Shown here: positions 35,614 to 55,400 of the stretch, one piece after another | Layout of the letters: every line of letters begins with the position of its first letter | Position numbering within the stretch: the stretch's first letter is position 1 | Assembly (NCBI GenBank): GCA_040954595.2 | Contig: CM082579.2 | Span: 3,585,227-3,649,226, forward strand | DNA from: Balanoglossus misakiensis | Taxonomy: Eukaryota > Animalia > Hemichordata | Length of the DNA: 64,000 nt | Reading direction: 5' to 3' | Translations under genes and position numbers: made by a program | Notes under the pieces: generated by a model | The model's input: only the letters and a program-made list of their open reading frames with translations | What the model was told of the DNA's origin: nothing | Database searches by the model: none

Positions 35614-38600
35614 CTAGACATGCAGAAGGTATGCCACAAAGACGGCGAGCACCACGACTATTATTGCCACCATCACGTATTTCTGATATTGCTGCCACCA
35701 GGACACCTCTTCCTTCTCTGCCCGTCTCTTTCTCGGTTTCCGCTTGCCCTGCATCCTTCGTTCAAATTCCTCCACTTCCCTCTGAAAGATTGGAAATGAG
35801 AGATATCAAGTGAAACCAACGCTCGCATTGAGTTTGTCCTATGTTGTGATATCGCAGTAGAATTGCAAAGCCAGTTACAATTTTCCTTTTTTTACCGAGC
35901 CATTCGGAATTTACCTCATGTCTTTTCAATTCTTCTTCTCGTAAGGCGTCTTCCACCTCCTTGGCCGCCGCCTTTTTCTTCTCCATTTCTTTCTCACAGA
36001 CGTCGTCACAGCTGACTTGACCTTTACCGCTCTTGACGACATTGCAGAGAAAGTCCTGCTCAAGAAAAAAGCAATGACAGTGCTTATACTAGGGAATTGA
36101 TCCGACCCACCTATCTAGTTCACATCAGAATCAGATTCAGATTCAGATTCACATTCACAAGTAATCATTCTAAACTGTACCACCAATCGTTTCTCGTACA
36201 TACTTTTTTCTTTCTGCGGCACGGACACCTGATGGTCTTCTTCTTGGTGCACGTTTCAGAGCTGCTGCAGGAGCCTGAGTGGCATGTCTTGAGGCAGGTG
36301 TGGTCACATGACATCAGTTTTGGGCACTGATGTTGACAGGACAGTAATTTCTCGTGATACACTGCATCTCCGTTCGTCCATTTACTGTGAATACAAAGGA
36401 TATAGTGATGGGTGTGTCAGACACATGGATGGATGCTGGGACATTGACAGAAAGAGAGAGAGACATATACATGTACATTATGTGACATGCCAACTTGTTG
36501 TCTTGTCATGTCTGTTTATCGCAAAAAAAAATTCTACATTCCTGAAAAATACACCAACCCACCTGCAGTCGATGTACAGCAGAGTAGCACTGCAGTGACA
36601 CCTTTTCCTGATCGACTGCGCACACTTCTTGCATGGTCCAGGATGACAGGGGTCGTAGCAGCTATGGCTGCAGCCTTTAGGTCTGGCTCTCTGGCAGGGA
36701 GACTCACAAACCTGACACTCCGCACCGGCCTACAAAATGACAGATTACAAGAACTAGATTATATGTCACTGATTCAATATAAAGTAACTGATGTACGTGC
36801 TGGGAAATATCTTCACAAGTCCCAAGAGTGATATGTATCACCTGTGGGTGATAAATAAAATAACATTGTAATTTTTTATTTACCTGTTCAGCGTCGGGTG
36901 CGTCGGTCACTTCATGACATTCAAGTTGACAGGTGTGATTGGTACAGGTCAGTTTTCTGCTGCAGACACGCCCGCACGAAAAGGACCGATTCTCAGAACA
37001 TGGCATTGTGAAGACCTACAAACAAATCGAAAAACACAGAGGTGTTCACATTTGGATATGATTTGATAAGCACATGTATCACAGGAATAACGAGACAGTA
37101 ATTTCAGGGTATTGAGTACAGATGTGATCAATGAAAATTTTTAAAAGCAAAACAGTTTGCGAACATGAGGTAGAAATTCAGTGACCTCAAGGGAGTTTTA
37201 AGAGCTTTGGATTTACCTGGTGTTTACCTCGACACCACAGAAGCAAAGGGTGTTTGCACGGTTGGCACGGAAACTCCACCTCCTTAAGGGTGACCTCAGG
37301 TTTGGGCTCCCAGGGTCCACTGCGAACTTGCTGTGAATCAGGAGAACACGTACATCTTTTACAGAACCTTGCAACTGATGAAGAATGTAGCTGTGTGAAA
37401 TCAGAGCATAATTTGACTCTACTCTGGCTGAATAATAATCACTCAAGTCCCCTACCTGTTGAACTTGTTTGACAAGCACTGCTGTATGGCAGGCGTCTGG
37501 GCAACTGTGACTGCAGTTTGGCAGAGCTTTGTTGCATGGCTGGGTGCAGGGCGGACATCGGCCGAAGTGACATGGGTGTGGCTGACGACTGGGATGGTGA
37601 CAGTTTGGTGGAATACTAGAAATGAAAAAGAAAAGACTTCATTTTATTTCCATTCAAAATGGCATTTAACTGTGCACACCACGATCTAGGGAGATCTTAC
37701 CTGCACAACAATTTACACTTTGGGGGCTTTGTGACTTTCTCCCTGCCACACGGAACAGTGATGACAGTGTTGCCACATCTGCATGAGATATCCACGGTTA
37801 AAGGGCACGGATAACACAAACCTGGAAAATAGCAAACATTTGGGAAGTTTGAGTGGATCCCCACCACACTTGTGTATTAAGATTCCAAAAAATGACAAAA
37901 TAATGACAGAAGGTGGAAGTGAGATTTTCTTACCTTGGTGACATTTTGAGGGACACTTATGATTTTTACATGAGAGGGGTTTATTGCATGGCTGTTCACA
38001 GCTGGGACAGTTGCCATCACAACACTGCCAAAAAAACCCAGACAAAGACAAAATCAGACAAAACAAATGTATCAAGAACTTATTAACTTGATGAGACCAT
38101 TAATCAAATCTGGCATGAATAATGTTCATAATGAGAAGCCCATCTATCTTTTAAACAACGTTTTTCCTTTTTGTTATAAATCTCACCTTTCTCTTACACT
38201 GATGCTTTCCACAATCTCTCATCTGACTGCACTTTGTTTCACACTGATAATCTCTGAAACACTGAACGGATTTCTTTCTTGCTCTACATCGGCACAACTT
38301 CTCGGTCATCTGACGACACTGGATTGAAAATGATTTAACAAAAAATAATTATATATGCCCTGTTTCACTTGGGGAAGTTTGACAAGATTTGCAGTTCCTT
38401 CCTTGCTGGTCATAAGATTATCAAAGCTTTTGAAGGTTCACTTGTACATTTTAAACGTCACTATTTTACAGGACTGCACATAAATGAACACTTACAGTTT
38501 CACAGGGACCAGTGTGGCATCGTTGAGTACAGTAATGCAGCTCACAAGACAAAAGTTTGCCACAAGTATCACCACAGGTTGGGATGTCTTCGGTGCAAGG

Positions 38601-40967
38601 CAGATCAGAACCTGAGGTTAGGTAAAGAATTGTATGTGAGTAGCACAACAGCTAGTTCTGTCTAAATACAGAGTTCTCCAACAAGCAAATAAACACACAG
38701 GGCTGTAAAACACTGACCAATGTTCTGTATACACAGTCTGGTATTTAATACTGTGATCAACTCAATGCAGGTACATGTACAAGTAAGGAGAAACATGTAA
38801 GATTTTTTTTTCCTGTGATAATTTTCACTTGAATACCACGTTGATGTGATGTAAAACTCACTAGTCTTGCCACAGGGACATGTTCTATTGATGGATCGCG
38901 GACATGTCCCACACTTTCCACCATGGCATGTCTCTTCACAGACATGGTAGCCACAACTGTACGCCCTGTTGCAGACTTGAGTACACTGCCAAGTCGGGCT
39001 GCTGCATGGTCGCTGTCGTCTCTCCTTGCCGCAAACACAGGGCTGAATACTCTGCTTTGTACATGGAGCACACTCCCCTAGAAAAAATAAGGTGGGGATT
39101 GTCAGACTAATACTTATACTAGACTTACACTGCTGATGGTGTGTCTTTAATAGGTTTCTCAACTAACCTTTGTGACACGTTTGTTGGCAATAATGCTGTC
39201 CACACAACAGCGCTTTGTTACAGATCTGACTGCAACTCCACTCCTTGGTGCTGCATCGTCTTGTCTGACCTGGCTGTTTGCCGCACAGACACGAAAGACG
39301 GACCGTTGTCGGACAGGGCGGACACGGACCTGAAATGAAACACCCAGCCAACAATGAAAGAAGGAAGTTAACATTCATACAATTCTTCATCTACTTCAGC
39401 CAAGATGTAAAAGAATGTGCTTTGTGTTGGAAGAAAAATAAGTGCAGAAGACCACAAAAAATCTGACAGATCCTCACCTGGATGGCAGAGCAAGAGACAG
39501 GCATGTCCACACTTTGGCTCTAAAAGATTACCACACGTCTGGCCACAGGAGTGCGGCACCAGCCATGGATCAAACTTGGGATCAACCTACAGGGGGTGAA
39601 ACATCAGACTGAGCATTACTGTGCACACAACCCTACTGTCACCTTGGTTTGTTCCATTCTTAGTGTGTTCTGTGGTGTGGCTCGGACCATTTGTGGTGCA
39701 ATGGGGGTGGGAGGGGAAAGGCTACTGGTACAGTAGTATACAAAGTGGAATTCAGACTGACAGTGGATCAGAGGAGAGGAACTAATCACAAAACTTTCAA
39801 AACAACACCGCTCCCAGGGTGGGATTTTAACCACTTACTTCTTTGCTGCAAAAACACTTGTACTTGGTTGGGCACTGGGACAGCTTGTAGTCATGGCGAC
39901 ACTTTGGACTGTTAGCAAAAAAAGTAAACACATGTCAGGTCAGTGTTAGTGTAAAATATGCACTTGTGGTCAAGTTCACCTCTCGTCTAATGTTCATAAC
40001 TGTTTGATCACCCATATAATATTATAAAAGCTATCTCACCACAAAAGTTGCAGTGAAATCTTACCAATGCCAGGTTGGATCCACATCTGGGAAATGTTCC
40101 TCCGAGAGCAGGAATGGTCTGATCGCACCGTGCTTCGCCCAGTTTTGTATGCAATGCAGATGTAATACACAGAAACATCCATGGCAACTCCACACCTGGC
40201 GGGAAACAGAAATCATACATAAGTACATATGAACTAGCATGTGATACTGTAGAGATATTAACCACTGCAAGTCACTTACTGGATCTGTGTGTTTGATGAC
40301 AGCGATGCATATTAGACAAACGCTTGTGCTTGCGTTGTAACAATCCGACAAATACTGTTTGGTTTTGTTGAGATTGATGACGTCATCGGCACCTGTCGAG
40401 ACAAAGAAAGTCAAGGTCAAAACAGAAAGGCAGGAATGCTCTCCCCATCACAATATGGGTATAAAAACCAAAACATTTCCAAACTCCTGAAGACAACTTT
40501 TCAGAGACATCACTTACCCATCTGCTGTGCATAGGTCTGTAATGTCTTGTCAAGAATCTCTTCATTGATTTCTTCCTCTTCATCCGATTCATCTTCAACT
40601 GACAGAAACTTCTCGGCCGCCTCCTGCATGCTTTCCTTGACTTCAGTAAATCGCTGCTCACTGGTCTTCTTGTCTTTTAAATAAAATGCAACAGATATAG
40701 TAAGAGTAAATAATCAACACCTGCTAGTACACATTTCAATTTCTGAACAAGCAGTCCACAAAGTCTCTGCCTGATCCACACACTAAGTGGTCCTTTGTCC
40801 TTACCTCTGAATTGTTTCTTTGTTGCATCTCCTCCATCTTTTCTCTTTTCTTGATGATTTCCGACCTGTCTTCTTTCAAACCCAGGTGCACCTCGTCCCC
40901 GCCCAGATGTACTTCTACCTCGTCCCCGACCTTGTCTCCAGGCAGGGTTACCCAAGCTCTGACTCAT
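35614..40967 (-). CDS. NFXL1: NF-X1-type zinc finger protein NFXL1 (RING, tandem NF-X1 Zn fingers, coiled coil, C-terminal TM), about 20 short exons
   Basis: ATG 40967 with RG-rich N-terminus; C4HC3 RING (CLIC...CHGC...HLHC...CPKC); many C-x-H-x-C-x3-CH-x-G-x-C repeats. Final exon ends ...[28 protein letters not shown] (TAG 35614-35616). A C-terminal TM and no R3H point to NFXL1 rather than NFX1. Confidence 0.9.
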
Positions 40968-41645
40968 TCTGGAGAAGTCTGTTAAGAAAAAAAATTTAAA
41001 TTTGATTTTATGGATTGTCAGGTAGGGTAAATATGTATTGTTCCCTTTTGTTATATTACAATACAGAAATCATAAAAAGGTATCAAATTCATAGTTATAC
41101 ATATGGCATTGTCTTTTCTTTTTTTTTGCAATGTAGGGCAAATGCTATTCGAAATTGTCAATATCAGCCCATTTTTCTAATTGATACGAACAAAGAATTT
41201 TATAACTTGTCATACTATTGCAACAGATTTATAATCTGCTTCATCATTGATCCATATGTTGTAAAGGTATGACTTAAGAAATTGTCTTTTTCCAATTTGT
41301 CTGTCATCATGAGAGTGTGTATGCGTTATGAAACAATCTAGAGTTGCATTTATGATCATGTCTAACAGAATTCCATTGGTTATATACATGGGGAAAGGGG
41401 ATCCAAACTTTTTAAGGGGATTTCCAACACTTTATGAATAGGGCTGGTAGTGGTACACAACATGTAGTGGGGGTAAACAATCTTCATGTTCACATCTGGG
41501 ACGAGGATGGCCAACCGGCAAACGGATGAGGTACATCTTCTGTGGGTTTGCAAACGATCGCGCATAAACGGAATAATAAATGCTAGTATACTACAAGTAC
41601 AACCCATGTTTGGACACCTGTGTTTGGAAATACACATGTATGTCC

Positions 41646-41744
41646 CACAGGTGCTTTAGAACGATCGCTTCGCGATGGTCGCGATGGGGCGGTTACTGCA
41701 GCCCCATCGCGACCATCGCGAAGCGATCGTTCTAAGCACCTGTG
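41646..41744. repeat. Near-perfect 44/45-bp inverted repeat with a 10-nt loop (possible MITE or hairpin)
   Basis: CACAGGTGCTTTAGAACGATCGCTTCGCGATGGTCGCGATGGGGC - GGTTACTGCA - GCCCCATCGCGACCATCGCGAAGCGATCGTTCTAAGCACCTGTG; one bulged T. Confidence 0.9.
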
Positions 41745-42243
41745 CAAGGGAACGACTTTCCCCAGGCAAACATACCTCCGGATCTAACTCTTTACTGAAA
41801 GTGCATTTTCGAGAATTATATTTCATTCATTACTCTACTCATGTGCACCGGAAACACCTGGTACACGTATTAAACGGAAATACAACGGATTACTGACTTA
41901 TATTGCTCCGCAGACGGGACGCGTAATATAGTAAGCCGTTTTCTTCAGAAACAATTTTATCACAATGCATATCTTTAATCTGTTTTAACAAAGTATACCA
42001 TGCTTAAAGAGTAGGCTTATTTGGTTCCGGTGATACATTTATGCATAATATTTTACATCTGAACTGGCGGAGTGATATTATACACAGTAAATCGAGAAAC
42101 ACTTGGTATGGTGGCGCTGTTCAACATTGAATCGATACTTACGCATGCGCCAAATTCAAATACCAAGTGAGAGTCCGCTTCGTCTACTGCTCCAGCGAGT
42201 GAAGGTTGGTGTCAAATATTGTGTGGACTTTTTCACTGTCAAA

Positions 42244-47844
<5,601 letters not shown>

Positions 47845-50800
47845 ATATCCGAAAATGTCCATATTAGTTCGTGTTTTGGTCAAGCAAAGGGTTGTTGTGG
47901 TCTACCAAATCTGTATATAATAGACAGTCAGACTTCATACCTTTCATCTGGTGATGTTGAAATTGGTTATGATTTGGTTTCATTCAAGAGGTCTAGCTGT
48001 GTATTGCAGTGTGCTGCTCTGTTACCGATCAATTCTGTAATATACACTCCCACCCTGATGATCGTTTCTTTGGAAAATAAAATTGCGCGCGTGTCCTGTT
48101 TAATCCTGGCATCAGGGTGATGGTGCTGCAATGTGTTACAGATCGACACAGTTAATTCCAATCTAATTGAAACCAGATGCTGGGATTGGTTCATTTGCAT
48201 CTTTCACAGCATTTGCATACGTAATTAGGGCGAGGACTGCAGAAATATGGAACATAGAATGCATATAAAAGATTGAAGACAGTGCTATTAGAGGCTGTAA
48301 TCAGGTTGAGTTGATGGCAACCCTGCATTTTGAAGACAATTTTGAAATTGACACAAACAATGCTGATAAGCCAGCTGTAGGCAATACTTGGAGAGTTAAT
48401 AACGGGTGGGTTATAACAAAGAAAGAAATTTTTAAAAATAGGAGATTCTGAAATTAATAAGGTTTCACATCTGTCAATTGAAATATAAATACATCCGCTG
48501 TGCCTTTGAAAAATCTGACTTCATATTTAGTTTTTCTTGCAGTGAGAAATCGATATTGCTTTCTTTTAATTATAGTCAACCTTACACATTTTCAAAAAAT
48601 CACATTCACATGTAAAATTTAAGGAGGGGGGGAACATATGCTTCTAAGAAATCAGTGCAAATTTAATTTAATTACTTGAAATATGAATGTACATTGACAA
48701 TTATATGGAGATTACCAAAATGTAATTATGAGAAATAATGACAGTTTTATTAATAAACTTATTATATTTTGCCATAAAAATTTGTGTTTCATCAATCCAG
48801 CTGCTGGTACATGTAGATAGGTTTGACGAGAGGTGCTGACAGGATTTGCTCACTCAAGGGTTTTCCAAACCCAGTTGTAATTAGAACTTCTGTAAGTTAG
48901 AATTACCCTAAGGGTTGTGCGCTCGACCTCTGCTCCCTTGCCAGCACAGAGCAGTTACCTGTCAAGGACATTGACAGGTACTCCGGCAAGAACTTGACAT
49001 CAAGGAAATCACTTTTTAACCCTTCCAGTATCGCGAACCGGGGTTTTTCTTCATTTCTACTGTCGTTATAGCGCCCTCTTTAGATTGACGATGGAGTGTC
49101 TGAAACTATACTAATACCGAAATTTCTAGAAGCCTCGTTATTCATACGATCGGTACGATAATGAGAATGTATTGTTTGATTAATGGAAAACGAAACGCAA
49201 TTTCTCCTCTCGCGATTTCTCGAGGGATCGTCTAAATAAAATAATAGACGGCAGGAAATTGTCCCTCAACGCGGTAAACTGACAGCTTGCGAGAGAAGAT
49301 AGATCGCAACAGCTGCACGTACCAGTCTCCGGGTGAAAACCGCGAGAAATATGTGCGAATATGCATCACCTAAAACAAGACTGGAATTTAGTGGTGGTAT
49401 GCACTTTTGGTTTCTGTCACAATCGCGTGTAAACTTGGTAGTCACGCCGGGGCAAGAAAACTATGTCTTCAATACAAATTCATCCCACAATTCAGTGTGG
49501 AACATTTCCCGAAATGATGAGGTTTGAATTCTTTGAGCGGAAACGTAAAAACGCAGAGACGAGATAGCAAATTCTTTAGGTGGGCTGCGGTTCTTGCTCG
49601 TGGATGTCGACCGTCTTCAGGGGGACGCTGTCCGGTAAGCGCAACGCATGTGTCACCGATGACTATACCCAGCAATGCTAAACATCTCGCACATTTTGTC
49701 TCAGGCGTTTTGCATACACAACGACTGAAATCTATTTGAAGAGGATGCTTGGGGCAAATGCCCGGCGGTCAAGGCACTCTGGGGAGACCCGTACGAGACC
49801 CAGGCCAAAACATGTCAATCGTCAAGAGACTACCTTGGGTCCGTAGCCCTTCTACTGCTGTTTCTTTGAGCGGCCCTGTGTCAGCCGCGTAAGACTAGTA
49901 GCTAAAGTGAAATTGCCGGAAAATTAAGGGGCGGTCTGTGGCCCATAACAGTCCAGAGACAAATTCTATCTTACAACACTATAGAAAAATTGTTGAATCA
50001 CCTTCTTCATACTGAAGATTTTGCTGAACAAATTTAAGCTTTATAGTAAAGGGCAGAAACAATGAATGAGAAACGATACAGTGAATCTAAATAGCAAGCA
50101 GAAAAAAACTACTCGTTTCGTTCGATTGAATTACATGCATTTGCCCGATAGAACAGTCACTGAGAAAACCCGCGTCTTTAGGGACTGTGGTGATGAATTG
50201 ATCGAGAATGCCAATACACGTGTCCACACTGGAGACTGATGAGATGGCTTTGGCGGTCCCTGTGTTCTGCCCATGCGCGGGTTGATATGCAAGTCATCGA
50301 ATACTAGTACCTATGCATGTACATGTATGCGCCCGGCAGGTCAATACTATCATATAGACAGTATACTGTCTATGATAATACACTAACTCGATCACTGACC
50401 GGATATGCAGTCCGCGGCATCCTGACCTGCAGATGAGGTCAATGGACATGAGACCATTGTTGTCGGTGGCACAGTTGCGTTGGCGGAAAGAATATCGATA
50501 TCCGTGGCAGATCGATACTTCATCCCTGCCTGAATGACCTCTCTGGTCTCTTGGGACCCAATGGTTCCAGGTTAATATAAATGACCTGTTAAGTACTCTG
50601 ACCACCACGCGTATCACTACACTTCAACATACTTGGGCCTTAATTTGTTGTAACTGCTTAGTACTTGTTAAGATCTGTATCTCTATATCTCTTGGCATTG
50701 TCTGGCGGCAATAAATTCCTCGCATTTGGATAGAAGCACTTGTAAGTGTTTCAGGGTGACATAGGGAGATTAGGAAAGACTCGTGACCTCGGCGAAGATA

Positions 50801-51889
50801 CCGCCTGTGGCGCGGGTAGCAACGCAGACGGGCGTATATAAACCGTTATAGCAAACATTCTCGGTATATAATAAGGTTAAACTGTCGTATACATAGCTTA
50901 CGTTTCGGAAAATAACTGTTCGTTCAACTTACCTACGTAAACAAATCTTAGAGAGCTTATACTATTTCATGTTATAATGCGAGACAGACGAGAGAAACCC
51001 GAGAGTTTGATGAGCCTCGTACACGCCACTATAAATTGCCTGGAGGAAAAGTATAAGACGTGATAACTACAAAAACTGGTGGCTTTAATGCGCAGCTACT
51101 ATTGCATATTTACGTTAATGAAACTTCATGGACGGTCGACCACAACGCACAGAACGCAACGAAAGTATTCTTTCCTCAATTGAAAATTGAATTCGCTTTA
51201 CTGTAAGGGGGACGGTGCGAAATGTAAAATTGATATGACTTTGAAGATTGCTATAATTAAAATCACCGAGCTGCCTGTCATGCATAAGTAGTTGGCAGAC
51301 AGCAAGTGTGCTGATCCAGAAATTTCTTGCATTTATCAGAGAATACGTAGAATTGTCTTGGGCCGCCCATGTTGAAGTGCAAAAACGCTATAAGTGGACT
51401 GCACGCTGACAGCAGCATGATTCATTGCCACGAGCAACGGGACCTTCCCGTTTGTAACAGATACAACATGTGGAAACAGGGACGGGACGTGAGTGTCGGC
51501 AAAGATCGTGCTCAAACACTTTAGCTTCTAGATTACAGCGGTGAGATTACGTTGTCTGACCACTTTCACTGACACACATAGGAATTCGCGAAAAAAAAAC
51601 GGTTCCGCGATAATATAACAGTCCTGTTGCCATAGCGCTGAGCGCAGATAAGAGGAGGCAGCGTAAGTGGACAGTTTGTGATTGGGGAGAAAAAAAAAAC
51701 GTGATGAGCGATTCACTAGATGGGTGGATGGCGGTGTGGTATTTATATAAGGCTGCGTTTGCGTGGTTTGAAAGCACTCCTTGAGACCGAGTCATCGAGA
51801 AGGAAGAGAACCGGAAACCCAAGGAAAACAGGAAGACGTGTTCCCGATCCCAGTCAGTCACTCTCCCGATCGAGTGAGAACCATTCGCG

Positions 51890-52434
51890 ATGTTTGCAAC
51901 CACGGAAAACGCAGCGGCGGCGCACCCTGATATTGCTATAACGGGATCTTTGATGGAGAGACTTGGACAACAAGCGGCGCAGCCCGCGTTCAAATACTCG
52001 CTGTCGCAGTCCGTCCAGGTGAACAGCTCCGACAAATGGCGGGAGCTCTTGGAGAAGTACCGCGAACACCTGAAGGACGCCGACCTGGACGATTTCTCGG
52101 AGGACAACAACTACCTGCCCGGCATCCACCCGGCGGTGAAGATCGTGCTGATCGTCACCTTCCTGCTCGTCATCGGCCTGTGCGGCTTCGGCAACACCCT
52201 GCTGACGGTCACCATCCTGCGCCTGAAGAGGCTGAGGAGCGTCACCAACTTGTTCCTGGCCAGCCTGGCGCTCTCCGACGCCCTGGTGGCCATCCTCTGC
52301 GCCCCGTTCACCCTGCACTACTACCTGCTGCAGAACTGGATATTCGGAGACTTCATGTGCTCCTTCGTCGGCTCCGTCAAGATCGTCTCGCTGAACGTCT
52401 CAGTCAACACGCTCTTGGTTATTGCTCTGGAAAG
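51890..52434 (+). CDS. Class A peptide GPCR, prokineticin-receptor-like; first coding exon only (N-terminus to TM3)
   Basis: TM1 GFGN, TM2 TNLFLASLALSD...CAPF, ECL1 YY...W.FG..MC, TM3 VSLNVSVNTLLVIALER. Phase-2 donor (AG|GTAGGG) inside the Arg codon of E/DRY. Recalled resemblance to PROKR (LVCGIGN, CCPFEMDYY, VSLYVSTNALLAIA). Strongly GC3-biased codons. The true start Met is uncertain. Confidence 0.8.
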
Positions 52435-55400
52435 GTAGGGCATGGTGCTTCCTAATTTTATTTTTTGGGTGGTCATTTGTCACCCACGTCGTAATTCATG
52501 TAGCTGCAGGTTTTCCGATATCACCACCAAAACCGCATATTTTCGACCACTTTCCCCCCTTCAGGATGTAACGTATACGGGATATACCCGGCAGTTGGGG
52601 GAAAGAGCTGTATTTCCGTTTCACTGTCACATACATGAAAGTCTTTGGCCAACAGTTTCAAAGCGGAATACTGCTAAAAGCACTCTTGATACATACAAAT
52701 GTGAATATATTTTTAAAAAAAGAATACAGTAATCGTTTTATGTACTTAGATTAAATAACCTGTGGGTAAACTGCGCATGCGATAGCGGTATGCATGGGTA
52801 TAGTCCAAAGACAAGTTGTTCGAATATTCTGGCGATATGATTTGTTGCGCAATGTAATCTGGGGTTACGTGCCTACCCGTATAAGACCCACAGGGACCAA
52901 TTTTCTGAGTTCGACGTAACAAACTTATGCTCCCCTGGCGCCTAACCCGATTCGTACAAATTAAAACTTTTAAATCCAGCATCAAGGGTGAATATGCACG
53001 TTTTCCCCCGCGAAAACAAGTCCGTTCCTCACGCAGACAACGGTAAATCCTCAAACAACCTCGTGTTCAATCCCTTTTCTAGTAGATTAGTAAAACATCG
53101 TAAACATGGAGAGACGGGTGTTAGTTTAGACGCCGTTAAAACAAGCGCCTGTCACAATATCCACATATTAGTCATTATTCATTTCCCATATGGCTAGAGA
53201 CTCGGAGATAAACCAACTCAGTGAACACGCGTTACTCGATAGTCATTGCGACCCGAACGGAAACAAAACAACAGCTTGAGTTCACTATTAAACCTAACTT
53301 CGTTATATTTTATCTGTGTCGTTCATCATTGTCAATACATGTACTACAATTTGGGAAAACTTAATTTGGAACCTTGAACGAGAACGGACCTATAGGCGGT
53401 CCCATCATTTGAATCATGATCACACTGGGTGCAAATTAGGTCGACCTAACATGACGTCTTTGATTGAACTTAATTGCTAATGAAGAAAAATGTGTGTAAA
53501 AATGCAAGCGTTATATTATAACACGAATGAGTTCGTTATCTCCAAGGTGAAAAGAGCGCGGCTCACCATGGCGACGCGACGGGAGAGGAGTGAAAATCAG
53601 CCGGGAAGTTTCGGAAACCTCCTAACATCAAAGCAAAAGAGCGATGATATTCCTGACAATGTGTAGCATTGTAGGGTTTGATGAGAAAACAAAACTCTGG
53701 TTTCAGGATAAAAAAAAATCATTTCGGATCTTCTTCGAGGATCTTAGAGCGCGGTAAAGACAGTACCATTTAACGTCAATTTTTACAATGCTTGCGCCGC
53801 TATTTAGAGTCTGCTTGCTGGCTGACAGCTGTGCGGAGGATCAGCGCTCGTTTAGTCAAGAAGCCAGGAGGCATTTCCCCAGGAGTTTTTGACGTTAATG
53901 TACCTGGCCACGAGCGAACACACCAACGCAAAAACCGACCCAACTCCTTCCCTTATCTTTCTGAGCAAAAGTGTGCGGCCGCGGGGACGACGTAATTTCC
54001 GAGCATGCGCGGAGATAAGGAGGAGATAAGCTACTGGGCCTGCAGACAAAATTATACTTTATGCGAGGAATATCTCTCCGAGAAGTAGGCTACCATATAC
54101 ATGTACTGGTGTCCAAAAGTCGAAATCAAGATATTTTCTGTAGGAGGAGTTTATCTCACCGAACTTAGGCCAACACGACACATTGCATTGTTATTCCTTG
54201 ATTTCTAACTTGTACTTATAATGTCGTCATGGAAATGCGTGTTTACTAAAAACGACACTTTCTCGCTAGATGTCTTTACTGAAATCTAAGGCACCGAAAG
54301 CAGATAAATTGGATTTTAATATCAAAGTTCGAGTGGGCAGATTGGATTTAACGGACGGGCGAATGGAACTTCTGAAGCAGTTAGAGTAGTTTCCAGCAGA
54401 ACGTCGAGTAAACTACGCATACATTTAACCTTTTCTTGTGTTTGTATAGCCTTCCTATGAAACCCCGCCAAGAAGAATTTAATTACGAAACAGGAACGTG
54501 CCATCTAAGGCATGTCTTTTTGCGCATAGGCCATTACGTGTTACAAGCGCCAAGGCCGCAGAAGTGCTGTACTGAGAACGCAGCACGCGTAATGACATTT
54601 ATGCGCAGACGAGACGTTAGGTATACAATCCTGCCACGTCGCAAAGGCAGTCAGAACTGGCACACAGCTCCACGATGCATAATACGCGACCAACCAGGCT
54701 TCAAGACTTGCTATAATTTTGCAAAGGCCCGCAAAATATCGGACACGCTCAGTGTTTTTGCCATTTGTAACATTCTCCGAAAGTATGACATTCGATCATC
54801 AACAACGGAAATTATTAGATCACCTCCCGCTTAATATTCGATGGCGTTGATATCTTCTTTTCACTGCAGCTAATATTCCCGCTGGCCATGACGAGCGGAA
54901 TTCAATGTTATCAGTACTTCCACCCTGTTTCTGTAATCCAAACTAATCTCACAAACAAGAATTAGATTAGCGGTTTTTGGTAACAAGAGTATTGATTTAA
55001 GGAGGTGGAAAAATCCGAAAAGATCGACTTCAATCGTTCTATCACGTGGCATGCATTATGACAACCGCGTGTCGGCGCTTTTTGAACAATAACATCAATG
55101 GAAGGTGCAAAACGGCTTATCAGAGAGAAATTTTCACCCGCTGATGTCGGCACGAGGTTTACTCCATTACTAATTGCACAATAATAACGCGAATGATTGT
55201 GTTTCCGGAGGTCATGACCCGGACGCCACCTAGCGCTGTCAGGGGTCACATTCGATGGACCCGATGAGGATATTGGGTAACAGAGGCGTGACCGTCGCTC
55301 GCCAGCCGCGAAGACGTCCTTAAAACAATGCTCTTAAATTACGAGTGCTTTATTGAATCAACCTGTATCCGTGGCGGGCGCCATGCCGCGCTCTCGGAAA

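Noticed and set aside
42103-42243. N-terminal extension of the PIBF1 ORF in the track
   Set aside because: Starts at a non-ATG codon; the AAAATGG at 42244 has good context and matches the family N-terminus.
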